Notes: generated by a model not told the origin, from the letters alone. A DNA stretch of 63,613 bases, filler included, from Olpidium bornovanus S191 (GCA_017911155.1; 28 parts of 28 records of this genome joined end to end with filler, not necessarily neighbours in it); one strand, 5' to 3'; positions 24,460-37,452 are shown, counted from the whole stretch's first letter. A program made the numbers and translations.

Positions 24460-25088
24460 CCCTTCTCTCCTGCCTGCCGCAAGGACTTCGCGCGTGCCCA
24501 CAGCGCAACCATGGCGTGCGCTGCGCGGGCGCGGTGCTGTCAAATGCTTCCCTCTGTCCTCCCTCTCTGCCATCATTGCCGGCAAGGCGGAGACGCCTGC
24601 CGTTGACGGCGGGCATAAAAAGTCTATAACGCAAACACTTAAACAGCCTTCGAACACAGATTAAACCCAACGAACACGAACCGACCCGTACCCCTTCCAC
24701 TGTGACGTAGGACACTCGCAGTGGGAATAAGAAAGACTCGCAACTTGAATTGTCTGCAGTACAGTAACATGAAGTGACTGGGCACAAAGGGCTCGTGTAT
24801 TTCGGACAGTTCATATTACAAAGTTTCTTATTCACTGTGCGCGTTGTTTTATGTCACAGTGAACTAGCTACAGCTTACTGGGTTTGTGTTTTTTGTGTTC
24901 GTGCGGGTTCTGTGCTGCGGAGCACGCGCTATTTATGCTCGCCGCCGACGGCAGGCATCCCCGCCTTGCTGGAAACGGTGGCAGATGAGGAAGGGCGGAG
25001 GGAAGCGTTTGACAGCCCCCGCGCGTGATGCGCGGCATGGTTGCGCTGCGGCGCGCGGGGAGTCTTGCGGGGGCCAGGGGAGCAGGGG
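24460..25088. repeat. Long imperfect inverted repeat (~290-bp arms, ~50-bp spacer); foldback or MITE-like
   Basis: Left arm cagcgcaaccatgg..gctgtcaaatgcttccctc..gcaaggcgg..gcctgccgt..gcataaaaag..cactgtgac..gaataagaaa..gaattgtc aligns with the reverse complement of 24805-25088. Confidence 0.9.
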
Positions 25089-25789
25089 GCTAGTGTTTAT
25101 TGAGAAGCCAAACAATACATCAGATCCTTACCTGCATCCGCAATCTGTAGTATATTTTTAAACGACGTTGCCATGACGTGAGGCTCGCGCGGAACGAAAA
25201 AGAGCAGGTAGATTTTAAGAGGATAACAGGGCGTGACCCGAAAACCAGACACGGCAAGCGGCAGAAAAGCACGGTAAAAGCCCCGTAGTATGGAACACGA
25301 TCTCCGGAAGCGGACGAAATACTTTGTCGCACACGTTTCGCAGCCACCCCATGGTTAACCAATGCATAATAGAATTACCGGCACGCCAATTGTCACAGCC
25401 ACATACGCTATCGAAGCGGCAGCTACCGACACCGCAACGGACATCCAATTATGCCGATTTTTCTATCTCGTTCTAGCTTCCTAGAATCCCATTATATTCG
25501 CCATTCTGAACACGTTATAATGGCCAACCGCATTATATCCGTGGCGGATCGTCGCCATACCGTCCCATGATTGCCTTCGGCTGCGCCTTCGCGGCAACGG
25601 CACTTTGTCGGCACCATCGTTGCAACTAGGAGACAGTGCCGCCAGTCCATGTGTCTTCGTAATTTTCCAGTAGCCGGATGATCATGGGAAAAAGCGCAGA
25701 ACACGCATCGGATTTACTCCCGCGCCAGACTTTCTGTTATATTCATTTTTTAATACTGTGGGAAGCACACTGCTTCACGTTCGCCTTAC

Positions 25790-26114
25790 TCCGCCGGGGA
25801 GACCTATCTGGCGCAGTTTGTGGGATGGTTCCACCGCGGCTCCAGCCGGGGACATGATCGAAGGCATCCACTTTTGAAACCGGGTCATGAGCTTCCCGTT
25901 GCGGTCACCTGCGGCATTCACGGAATGCGTCATGCACAATCGTCTGTCAGCGAAACGGCGTCGGGGCTCGCGCGAGTAATGTCCCTGGCGGCGATCTGCC
26001 CCGCCGGAAAGCACCCACCCTTGTCTACCAAAAGCGGCGACCGCTTCGATTTTCGTTCTGGACCAACGTCTTCTGCGCCATCCCTGCGTCTCGACCCCCA
26101 GCTGCGTGAAATTC

Positions 26115-26149
<35 letters not shown>

Positions 26150-26218
26150 GATTTCCGAAACCCCCCCTATCCCACAGCCGGGGCTTCGCCAAAAATAAAA
26201 CCCTGTCGGGGAGAGGGT

Positions 26219-26253
<35 letters not shown>

Positions 26254-26557
26254 GGGGGGGGGGCGAGGGAAGACGGGGGCCAACTGATAAAAAGAAAGCC
26301 CCGCCCGTCTGTCTGCAAAGCAAAGGCTTTCCGGTTCGAGGTTTCCTTACGTGAAATTGCTCCGGACTGGAGGCGCGTCCTTTTGCCCCTCGCCCTTCCC
26401 GAGAGCAGGCTGCTCTCCGCGTTCGCAACGCGGTCGGCCCTCGTGGAGTTCGTACGCTTTCGCCAGTAAAGGTGAGATGTCGTCCTTCACCGGGTAATTT
26501 TGGAGAAGCTGGATGCACTGGGCGTAATCGGCTGCCAAAATTTCGTCGCGCAAGCAG
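25790..26557 (-). CDS. TBC-domain Rab GAP (TBC1D13-like), C-terminal exons
   Basis: Exon 26557-26351 reads CLRDEILAADYAQCIQLLQNYPVKDDISPLLAKAYEL, the typical end of a TBC domain. The downstream exon is less certain. Confidence 0.75.
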
Positions 26558-26575
26558 CTGATGATTCCACGTCAA

Positions 26576-26633
<58 letters not shown>

Positions 26634-26975
26634 AGCATCCACCCCCTGTTGCACCCGAGCAGGATAATTAGAGAGGGGGAGAAAAAAGAGGCCAGGCCCG
26701 CGGCNNNNNNNNNNNNNNNNNNNNNNNNNNNNNNNNNNNNNNNNNNNNTTAATTAATTAANNNNNNNNNNNNNNNNNNNNNNNNNNNNNNNNNNNNNNNN
26801 NNNNAAAAAAAAAAAAAAAAAAAAAAAAAAAAAGCAGAAGAAGAAGAAAAACGGGATCCATCGCCGACACCCGGCCCGTAACGAAAAGGCCGTAGTAGTA
26901 CCGGTGCAGACTCAAACGGGGGTGCACAGGTCTTGCATCGCCGCCGAGCCGGCCGGAGTCTAGTTTGAATGGAAC

Positions 26976-27330
26976 TCATTTGCTCAGGGAGGGCGTACAG
27001 TGGCACGGCCCGGTGACTTTAATGCGGAATGAATGGTTGGAGGAAGCCCGCTCCTTCCAGAAAATGACGAACTTCAGATATACTCGTGCAATCGCAAATC
27101 CGCCCAAGGTTGTGTCACCTTCTTTGGATCGTGTTTTTTTTCTTTTTTCTTTTTCATACCACCCGCACTTAAAGCCGACGAGAAGAATTTCAGACAAACC
27201 CAAAGGACGACGTTGCTTCAGAAAGAGTGAATCCAGCTGGTGCAAGGCTCGTGAGAACCCCCCTTCGACATCTTCTATATGTTCACGAATTAACCGTTGG
27301 ATTCCGGTCTCCTCATCAACAGTTACGGGG
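26976..27330 (-). CDS. Possible coding exons of an unidentified gene
   Basis: PVTVDEETGIQRLIREHIEDVEGGFSRALHQLDSLFLKQRRPLGLSEILLVGF is protein-like and followed by GTATG. Strand and frame are not firmly resolved. Confidence 0.3.
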
Positions 27331-28020
27331 CGCGCGCTTGGCAAATTGGTGTGCGGAGTTCCCCTGGCGGAGTAATGTTGTTGCGCCGACCGGCGCTGCA
27401 CCCGAAGAAAGAGCGCGGCGTGGCCCTGGAAGTTTCGGCGCGGGAAGTTCCGACAGAGGAGGGGGGGGAGAGGAGGGGGGAGGGGGAGGAGGCCAAGGTT
27501 CGAAAGCTACTGCTTTTCTTTGTCCAGAAATGCCGCTGGGGAGAGGTGTGCTGGGGGTAAGGGAGAGGTGTGCTGGGGGAGGGTGTTTTGCTGCAGGTTT
27601 CACAAAAGAGGCGCGCGCGCAGTGGGCGGTTTTCGGTCTTTGCGGCCTGGGCGGACGGAAGTTTCGGCGATATAAACCAGAGAACCAGCAAGCAGTTCAG
27701 ACCAAAAAAAAAAAAAAAAAAAAAAAAAAAAACATTCCGCACCCGGGCGCGCGCAAAGCCGGCCGCATCCTGACACGTGGTGAAGCCAAAAAGCTTTTTT
27801 GGCATGCCGAGCTTGGTGCGTGGTTTGGTCAATTTTTCCAAATGGGGATTATACCCCATCGATTACAGTGAACATCTGCGTGAAGGGTAAACCACCGGCG
27901 ACCGTGGAGAAGAGGGCGGCTTTCGGCCGCGTGAAAATAGGGTCGACGAATTTTTTTTTTCTCGGCAAAAACGGGGGATCTCGCGATAATCTGCAAAATG
28001 ACGGGCGGCCCGTTTCTTTT

Positions 28021-28067
<47 letters not shown>

Positions 28068-28139
28068 CTCTCTCTCTCTCTCTCTCTCTCTCCCCTCCGC
28101 ATCAGAAGAAAATGAGCGGCCTTGGCCCACGCGCTATCT

Positions 28140-29001
28140 TCAGACTATGGCCAGTGCGAGAGACGCCGGGTTTGCAAGCTGGCCACTCCGGATCTCGTAG
28201 GCCATCGTCACACCGTTGTAGTACACCATGCGCACGACGTGGTATGACAGCGTCGAGGAGTTCTCCCGGCCGTACCGGCCTGCTGAAGCAGGCGGGTGGT
28301 GGGAGGTCACAAACCATCCTACGCGGTTCAATTCAAGTGGCGCGGATTGTAGTTGCGCACAATCCTGCAAACGTCAATTTCGCAACTTCGAAAGCACGGG
28401 GCTTATCATGAAAAAAAAAATCAGGCAAACCTCTCACCGAGCAACGGCAGGGGCGGCGGATCACATAGCGGTAAGTAGCCTTCAATGTGCAGAATGAAGC
28501 CCTCCTTTCCGTCGCCTGACGGAGAAGGACGCATGTGACCGGATTTGTCGCATTGCCCGTTCCCGTCGTCGTACACTCTATGAGAGTCAACCCGCGTCCA
28601 TTGAAGCCGGTGAAAACGCCAGGGCTTGTCAGGCCCAAGCGTTTGCAAAGGGGCGGCCGACTTGGTCATGCCAACACGCAACGTTGCCGGGTCCACGGTG
28701 CTCACCTGATCATCCTCACGAGTGCGATGTAGCCTTTCTGGCTCCCGACCAACGCCAGAGAAAGCTCGGGTATCCAGTGCACCTGTGTCGGCGATGTCGT
28801 GAAAGGGAAGGTCCCGTGAGCATTGAGCGTCGTCACAGCGAACCTCACGCGAGCCCGCCCGGCCGCGCCGGCCCGCCCACCATGTTGAGCCTGTCAAAGT
28901 CCACGATCCGCCTCCGCTGCCTGGTATCCTGCCGGGCGACAACGTCCGTGATCTCCACAAGCCTTTCAAATTTTGCCGGCGGTGCCGCCTCGCCGTCCTC
29001 G
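28140..29001 (-). CDS. CRT10: CRT10-like WD40/beta-propeller protein, C-terminal exons
   Basis: IVDFDRLNM|VHWIPELSLALVGSQKGYIALVRM resembles FDRLNMIAQIPELG.VIVASQKG. Also YLPL..PLPLLG and a final VVRMVYYNGVTMAYEI. Confidence 0.75.
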
Positions 29002-29544
29002 NNNNNNNNNNNNNNNNNNNNNNNNNNNNNNNNNNNNNNNNNNNNTTAATTAATTAANNNNNNNNNNNNNNNNNNNNNNNNNNNNNNNNNNNNNNNNNNN
29101 NTAAGCAGACGTACGTAATACTTCCCCCGCTGACAAACGTTGACCGGCTCGATCGGGCCGCCTTTCTCGCCAGACAAGCTTTTCTGGCCCGCGCGTGACG
29201 CGCGTGGTGTTCCTGCGCATGATACGTCTCCTAATAACACACAGGCCGCCTGCTGGCAAAAAAAATAAATAAATAATAATTCAGAACCCCACGCCCTTCA
29301 GGAATGAAAAAGAAACCGGCATCGGCGTGGTGCACTTGACTATATGACCTGGCTATCAAGAGGACGTGCATCGTGGGGGGCCGCGCTTATCTATCAGATA
29401 TCTTGCCTCAAGTGTCGCGTGCCCCCTTCCGCCCCCACGGGGCCCCACACATTTCCCCCCCGGGGTGCGAGCACCCCTCCTCATCCCCCCCTTTTTCCCA
29501 GAAAATCCGAAGAAAGGAAAAAAAAAAATTTAAGCATTAAAAAT

Positions 29545-30281
29545 ATGGCCGCGGCCGACGTGGCCGCGCTGAAGTCGCTTGTGAGGGAGGCATTGCAGCA
29601 CAAGGGAGTGCTTGGAAGAGTCAAGGTGCGAAGTAGGAATGAGAAAATAGGAAGGGGGGAGGGGAGGTGAGGGGGGAGGTCGCGGATGGGGCCGGCATCC
29701 GCAACGTGCCCGTCGCCCCCTTCACCCCACCTCCCTTTCCACCTCCCTTCCCCTTGCGCGCGCACGTATTTTAAAGCGATCTGTCCCGTCCGGAGTTTGG
29801 TCTTTTGGACGTCCGGGAAGTTTTTGAGATTTGCGCCCCCCGGTTGACGCAATAACATCGCCGGCGGAAACCAAAACGCGAATCTTCTTATTTTTTTAAT
29901 TTTTTTAGGCCGAACTCAGGGCGAGCGTTTTCACGATCCTCCAAGAGCGCGAATTCAGCAAGAGCGGTGTGTACCCGCCCAACCACCTGCTCAGGGAGAT
30001 CCTGGACACCTGGCACGGTGTGTGTGTACGGCGCGCGCGTGTGCTTCTGTGATTTTTTTTTTTTGAAGTGGGGGAAAGGTTTGGACGAGGCGCGGCTGGC
30101 GCAAGGGACGTTTCTTTTTCTTTTTTTTTGCCGCCGCCGCCCCCGCCGTAACTGGACGGAAAATGAGTATTCTGACACAAAACTCCCGCCAGGGAGGCTC
30201 GCGATCGACCTGATCAGGGACTTTCTCGAATTCCTGCACCTCAACAGCACGCTGTCGGTGCTGATACAGGAGGCGTCGCTG
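29545..30281 (+). CDS. CEP43: Centrosomal protein CEP43/FGFR1OP family (FOP dimerisation/LisH N-terminus), 3' truncated
   Basis: Exons 29545-29625, 29909-30017, 30193-30281 give LKSLVREALQHKGVLGRVK|AELRASVFTILQE..LREILDTWHG|RLAIDLIRDFLEFLHLNSTLSVLIQEASL. Confidence 0.85.
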
Positions 30282-30381
30282 GTGTGTAGTGTTGGCGTTG
30301 AGGGAGTTCCGGTTCTTTTTTCCGCGTCCGGCTGACCCCTCCCCCCCCCCCCCCCCCCCCCCCTTTCCCCCCCCCCCCCCT

Positions 30382-30415
<34 letters not shown>

Positions 30416-30759
30416 ACCGCCGCGGCTCGTGGAGTAACACGAAGCTTCTACCAGTGTGGAGGACAGCTGGAGGATTCTCCAGACTAGCTTGTTTTTTTTT
30501 TTTTTTTTTTTTTTTTTTTCCCCCCCCCCCCCCCCCCCCGCCGCACCTTCGTTCCACCGCGGGGCCTTGTTCTTGAACAGAGTCACGCTGCCGTTGGAAN
30601 NNNNNNNNNNNNNNNNNNNNNNNNNNNNNNNNNNNNNNNNNNNTTAATTAATTAANNNNNNNNNNNNNNNNNNNNNNNNNNNNNNNNNNNNNNNNNNNNC
30701 ATGCACAGAAGGGAAGATATGCCATTAGCCTTCCCTCGTTTTGCTTTCCCCGCATTTTT

Positions 30760-30885
30760 CAGGCCATCCAAGATGGACACAATAACATAGGGCGAGTTTC
30801 AGTGCAGCTGAACACGGCAGATGTGCTTACCAAATCTCTGCTTAGACCTTGGTTCAAGGAATGTTGCCGCGAGCTAGGCATTATT
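30760..30885 (+). mobile_element. Ty1/Copia RNase H C-terminal remnant
   Basis: AIQDGHNNIGRVSVQLNTADVLTKSLLRPWFKECCRELGI resembles ADILTKPL..F...R..LG. Confidence 0.7.
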
Positions 30886-31152
30886 AATCTTACTGTCGCC
30901 ATCAAGCAAGCGGCGGAGGAAGCATCACAGATGCATTAATGCCTATTTTTCGATGAGACGTTGCCAGCCTCGAGAGATGCCAACGCGCGCTCGAGTCGCC
31001 GGTGAATGAACTGTTTGATAAAATTTATGAGACCCTTTCCTTATCTCATTTTCTTCTTTTCTCTGACCTACCTCGTTTTACCTACTTCTGTTACTTGGAA
31101 TCATTATCGTCACACCCAGAGTCTCGATTCATCCTTTGACTTGCCGGCACTA

Positions 31153-31272
31153 TTTATTCCCAATCCAATTCCCATATAAGTTACATAGTCCCGGCAAGAG
31201 GGCGTATCATGGTTTATTCCCAATCCAATTCCCATATAAGTTACATAGTCCCGGCAAGAGGGCGTATCATGG
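31153..31272. repeat. Perfect 60-bp tandem duplication
   Basis: 31153-31212 is identical to 31213-31272. Confidence 0.97.
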
Positions 31273-31279
31273 AGGATAA

Positions 31280-31486
31280 ATCAATCACGTGACCGCAGAT
31301 CTCACGCCAGTGATATTCCACCTTCCCTCTTCGTATTTTTTCCTGTAACTCACAAAATTCACACGATACAAGAGAAAAAACGCGATATTCCGGAGTCTGC
31401 AGCGCAACTGGCATGTTTGCGCGGGCGCTTCCTTCCATTGTTGGGGTTTGGACATTTTGGACGGGGAGTCTTACAGGTGGGCTCAT
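31280..31486 (-). mobile_element. Possible decayed Ty3/Gypsy (chromovirus) chromodomain
   Basis: PEYRV..EKIRRGKVEYHW resembles EYEVE.I...IRRGKVEYLV.W. Otherwise degenerate. Confidence 0.35.
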
Positions 31487-32548
31487 AACCTGTAGGATTT
31501 CCGTGTTTATTTGTGGGGGATAGGAAAGCTCTCGGGGCTCATGTATTCCGTGATTCTACCCGGTTTTATAGAGGAGTTCACGGGTAAAAATCGGCGGGCG
31601 AAGTTCTCTTCCCTCCCTGAATCCCTTTTTTTTTCGTGAAGGGGGAGACCGGGGGGCGCTGGGGGACGGTGCGCCGCGAAATCCCTTCGCCGCGCAGCGA
31701 AATCGACGCGGGAGAAGGCAACAACTACCGACGACGTTCGAAAGGGTTAAGAACGGAAAGCCTGCGTGCTACCCTGCTCTGAGATTGAGGCAACGATCAC
31801 CGGACGACGTTCAAAAGAGTTGAGAACGAAAAGCCGGCGTGCTCTGTGCTACCACGCTCTGAGATTAAAGATGTTGGAACACAAACAGAATACACGAAAA
31901 GTATTGCTCCTTAAACTATCCTCGCGAATCCCGCTGTTTCCAATGGCATTTATTACTAAGGCTCAATATTCAATACTACGGTATTCTATAAAGATAGTTA
32001 TCGAATTGAGCCTTGTTACCGTGTCCACGTAAAAAAAAAAAAAAAAAAAAAGTTTGAACTATTGCACTTGTCCATGACTTCGTATTCGACCACCTTTCGC
32101 GGGTGCTACTTCTGTGGAGCCCCGTCAACGTCGACGGCTTAATGGTATTTTTGATTTCGACCTCGCCAGCCTTCGCAAACCGTGAGAGCCAGGNNNNNNN
32201 NNNNNNNNNNNNNNNNNNNNNNNNNNNNNNNNNNNNNTTAATTAATTAANNNNNNNNNNNNNNNNNNNNNNNNNNNNNNNNNNNNNNNNNNNNAGTCGTG
32301 TGATCGGGCTAATTACGAAACGCCAAACCGGACGCTTAGTCGAGACATCTGGACGCAGTTTACAGGACAGTTATGAGGGCGCTTAATTCTCAAACCGCTC
32401 TCGAGCATCGCATGCCAACGCGCAACACATAGATAACATCTGCTATTTTATCATATTGCCCGCCCCTGATGGACATTAAGAATTTCGGTTGAGCAATTGT
32501 GCTGCTTAATAGAGCGTTTTATCTTAACCAAAATCAACGAAGAGGTAA

Positions 32549-32620
32549 TCCGAATTGGTCCAGTGGCTAGGATTTCCCGCTCTCACCGGGACGGCCGGGG
32601 TTCGATTCCCCGATTCGGAG
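32549..32620 (+). tRNA. tRNA-Glu(CTC)
   Basis: Cloverleaf TCCGAAT/ATTCGGA-G, anticodon arm TCCCG-CTCTCAC-CGGGA, T-loop TTCGATT, downstream T-run terminator. Confidence 0.97.
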
Positions 32621-33189
32621 TTAATTTTAACTTTTTTTTTGCCTGCACCGGAACGGTCGGAGGTTCGATTCCGCGATCTGAAAATTAATTTTAGATAGTA
32701 TTTTTTTTCGCGGTCACCAGGATGGTCGGGAAGGGGGTGGGGATGTGGTTCGAATTGAAGTTGGTGAGATTTCCTTTAGCCGCCGTCCTGGTTCTCGGGC
32801 GGAAACCCGCGGGGCCATCCGGGGCCGTTCGGCGTTGTGTTGCTGTCCCCTGCGGAGGCGCTGCCTTGGGAAATCTGCCGAGAATTGACGGGAACGGTCT
32901 AGCGGGGAAAACCCACGTTTGAACAAGCCAAAAAGTCTTGGACCTGGGTGGACCCCGCGCCCTCGCCACGAGGACCGCCGTTCACCTATCGCCGGGACCG
33001 CCTGTTGGCGACTAAGCCGCGAAAACGTTGGGCCGCAGCGGTCGAGCGACGCAGAACGCGGAGCGGCGCGTTTCAGGTATCCCGCGTCAAAACGCGACGC
33101 GCGGTTGATTTTCGTTCTCTTGTCCCCGGGCTGTTTTTTTTTTCCTTTTTTTTTCCGGCAAACGGGGTTGGTTTTGCTGTCTGCTCGCG

Positions 33190-33330
33190 AGACGAGGCCG
33201 ACGAAAAGAACATGGAGCTGGAAGACCTGCAGGCGGAGGCCGACCACGGCACCGCTGCCGTGCTGCGCGACATCTCCGAGGTCCTCAAAGATGCCGAGAG
33301 CTTCGTCGTCAACAAGGACATCGAGACCAG
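33190..33330 (+). CDS. Coding exon of an unidentified protein (truncated)
   Basis: DEADEKNMELEDLQAEADHGTAAVLRDISEVLKDAESFVVNKDIE follows a pyrimidine-rich intron end, with GC3-rich codons. Confidence 0.5.
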
Positions 33331-33430
33331 NNNNNNNNNNNNNNNNNNNNNNNNNNNNNNNNNNNNNNNNNNNNTTAATTAATTAANNNNNNNNNNNNNN
33401 NNNNNNNNNNNNNNNNNNNNNNNNNNNNNN

Positions 33431-33884
<454 letters not shown>

Positions 33885-35004
33885 TGATGATTAACATGCT
33901 GAACAAAAATGGCGACAAAACCATTTCGCATTATTGAATAGTAACAGATTGGTCATTATGCCTCATAGTCGTAGCTTGTCGGAATTTTCGCTAGACATAG
34001 CGCGAACCGAGCAGCGAAATAATCCAGCATTTTCGAACTGTGGCTGCTCGTTGGCCGAGTGCAGAGTACACGTGATGTCGAACATGGGCGACCGCGGCGG
34101 AGTCGCTTACCGCTCGCTCCGCAAAGCGGCGCAAACTGTGTCTTGCTGCACGCTAGGAGCTTCCCACTTCTTTAAAAAAAAAAAAAAAAAAAAAAAGAAA
34201 ACAACCTTCCGCCTCTTATCTAACTGGGAAAAATCTCGGTTTTGCGACCCTTGCAAAATCCCCTTTCGCTCACCCTGCACTCAGCCTTAAAGGAAGAAAA
34301 AACCATAATTGTAACTTAAAAAATTTGATACACTGATGTCGAGGCCACTTTTGGCGAGGCTGAGGCGAACTAAATCAGTGTATAGAATAAAGGGGGTAAA
34401 GGAGGTAAAGGGGGAAGAGGCGGAGCCGCAGACAGCTCGCACTACGCGCACCCTCATCCCCCTGTAGAATCGGCGTAGCATGGAATCGGCAATGTAATGT
34501 CGATGTAGTATAATCGGTGTAGCAAGGAAAATACTAGTGCAAGGGATACCTTCGGATTTTTTCGGTTTTTGCGCACGTAGAAAAGCTGAAAAAAAGATCG
34601 CTCATTGCTTGTTCATTTGTTGTTGTCCCTCGTTGATGCTCGTTGTTGCTCGTCATAACCCATCCCTCACACGCGCCATGCCGCCCCCTTTCACCCACGC
34701 ACGAGGGCGATGACGACGCGGCAGGACTCGCGAATTTTTACAATTGGAGCCTGCGGAGCAAGGTTTCGTCGTTCGCAAGCTCCAGGGCCTCCAATGCGCC
34801 TGGAGCCTCGAAAATTTTTATTGATAGATTCGCGATAATCCTTCATACGGAAAGGTCTCACACACTGTTTGCGGGCAAAAAGGGGTCACGCGACGGGGGA
34901 AGGCACACCACACAGTGCGAACGCATCACAATTATGTCTCCGGACACACCATGGTGGCCCCAAAAAAAAAAAAAATGAAACGAAAAAGAGCCCGCTTGCC
35001 AAAA

Positions 35005-35308
35005 GAAAAAGTTCGAATCGCGCAAATCCGGCCCCCACCCATCTGCGAATCACGCCTCCTGCACCACGACTCCGAGCTTACGAACCCCGTAAACTCCACA
35101 AATCTCCAAATCCCGCGAATTCTAAATTTGCAAATTCCATAAGTCTGCAAATCCCGCGAACCGCGTAAATCTTGCATATCCCGTGAATCATGCTTCGGCC
35201 CTGGCACTGGCTCCGGCTCCGGATCCGGCTCTACAAATCCTGCGGATCCTGCGAATCGGCGAACAACCGAATCTGCGAGTCCTGCGAATCCTGCGAATCT
35301 GCAAATCC
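35005..35308. repeat. Degenerate 9-bp minisatellite (CCTGCGAAT / GCAAATCC variants)
   Basis: Many cctgcgaat, gcgaatc and gcaaatcc units, densest at 35230-35308. Confidence 0.7.
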
Positions 35309-35408
35309 NNNNNNNNNNNNNNNNNNNNNNNNNNNNNNNNNNNNNNNNNNNNTTAATTAATTAANNNNNNNNNNNNNNNNNNNNNNNNNNNNNNNNNNNN
35401 NNNNNNNN

Positions 35409-36183
35409 CATGTTGGAGAAATAATCCTTATGGGCACTCAAGACTTTCGAGCTAAGGGTGGTTCGTGCGATGTCCAGGAGGTCCTTTCGGAACGCGATGG
35501 GGTCCTTTCCATTGTCTTTTGCCGATGCCTCCAGGGCTTTCAACGCGACTGCACTAGCAGCACGGTACCCTTCGACAATGACCTGCGGGTGAATCTTCTT
35601 GTTGACCAGTTGTTCCGCTTCCCGAAGCAGCTCGGCAGCCAGCACGCAGACGGACGTGGTGCCATCGCCGACTTCGTCGTCCTGTACTTTCGAGATATTG
35701 ACAAGAACCTTGGCGGCCGCGTTGTCGAGTGCGATGGACTTCAGAATCGTGGCGCCGTCGTTCGTCACCATAATCTCCCCAGTGCTAGAGGACTGCAGAA
35801 TTTTATCCTGGATGCGCAGCAAGATCGCTTTAATATCCGCAAGAAACCGGATCCCCGGTCAACAGTAAAATGCCTCACCATTCCCTTGGGTCCCAGCGTG
35901 CTCTTCACTAGGTCGCCTACGGCGATGGCACCAATGGTGCTTGTCTGGAGGCCAGAATAACACGCTTATTAGAACGCAGTGGCTACCGATTCGGTCACCT
36001 CCGCACAGAGAGCGCTAACCAGGCGGGCGTTCTCGCCACGTTCTTCCGTTGCCTCATGTTGGAAGATCTGTACTGGTGCGAGAGACTGCGAAAAACGACG
36101 AGCGCAAAAGTGGAGTTGCTTAGTCGCGCGAACGCAAAAGTTTTTCGCGCACAGGGCTCCTAAAGCCATAACTTGCGTACCAT
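35409..36183 (-). CDS. CCT2: T-complex protein 1 subunit beta (CCT2), 5' part
   Basis: ATG-only exon 36183-36181, then [22 protein letters not shown]|[22 protein letters not shown]|[46 protein letters not shown]. Confidence 0.97.
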
Positions 36184-37167
36184 GTTTCTCTATTCGGCCC
36201 TTGTGGACTGAACGCCCAAACCTGTGACGTACCGCAAGCAGAGGATTCAGACTAGCGAGTTCGACGAGCTCCGCCAGTTGGCCGTGCAATACGAGCGTGG
36301 AAAAAGCGCGCAGGAGGACGGCGCGTCCCAACCCCCCCGGGGCACGTCGTCACCATCCGTGTTTGCAGCAAATTTTCCATGGCGGTCCACGCACGTCGGA
36401 CACACCACCTTCACGTCGGTAAACGGCACTGCCGCTCATATATCCCTGCAGAGCACACATCCTCCACGCCGGTCCATATGCCGCGGCGAAACAACCTCCA
36501 ATCCGCACTGGAAGAGGCGGATTGCGCGAACGGCGGCAAAAAGAGGGCGGACGGCGAGAAGGAGGCGGCGGGGCGGAGGAGTGGGGGGGGAGGCGTCGCC
36601 AGCCACTTACCAGGGTTTGTTCTGCGTACGCCTTCTGGCAAGGATGGGGTGGTGCGTGTGCGTTTGGACGGCGTCTTGCGTGGTGTTGGGCGGTGGTTGC
36701 GCGGGCAAAAGGGGGGGGGGATGGGTTGGAAGTGGGGGGGGGGGTCGCAATTGCAACCGCAACCTAGCCCCGGGATTGCAACCCGCGGGGGACCTGTCTT
36801 CCCGCATGCAATATTACCTGTTAGGTTATCAACAGACTCTATCTATTTCTAGCCTGTTTATAGTGGGAACTTCCTACCGGGATCACAGGGCTTCACGGGG
36901 AGCGGGCGGGGGGGAAACTTGTGTCNNNNNNNNNNNNNNNNNNNNNNNNNNNNNNNNNNNNNNNNNNNNTTAATTAATTAANNNNNNNNNNNNNNNNNNN
37001 NNNNNNNNNNNNNNNNNNNNNNNNNAACCGACAGGGCCCTTCCAGCGGGCCGCTGGATTTCCTGTGCAGCGCAAAAACCGCACGCGCTCCGCAGTCTCGC
37101 GTCGGCGGCTCCTCAGACGCGCGGGATGGGGACGGCGGGCGGGCAGCGCGGAGATGTCCGCGAGGAT

Positions 37168-37174
37168 TATAAAA
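37168..37174 (+). promoter_or_regulatory. TATA box (TATAAAA) upstream of the GYK peptide gene
   Basis: Followed by a putative 5'UTR intron 37289-37399 (GTGAGT..CTAAT..CAG) and the ATG at 37453. Confidence 0.6.
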
Positions 37175-37452
37175 CGCGCACTGACTTTCCCCCGGCTTTC
37201 CAAAAGCCCCGCGCTTCCCGTCGGCAAAAACCTTCCTCCCCATCACCCGCCCCCCCTCCTTCTCCGGGGAGGCCCAACGCAAGCTAACGTGAGTGATGTC
37301 GCAATAGGCCGGCCCTGTTCGCCGGCGTTTTCCGTTCCTGCCGCAGTCGTTGCCCGCCGGACTTTTCTAATAGAGCGGATTTCCTTTCCGCGCACGCAGG
37401 AAACCTCGTGAGCTCCGCGCAAGCCCTCTTCCCCCCGGTGCTACCTGAAGCC

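Noticed and set aside
25120-25145. ccttacctg resembling the U1 snRNA 5' end
   Set aside because: It is the reverse complement of an ordinary CAG|GTAAGG donor; there is no U1 body or Sm site.
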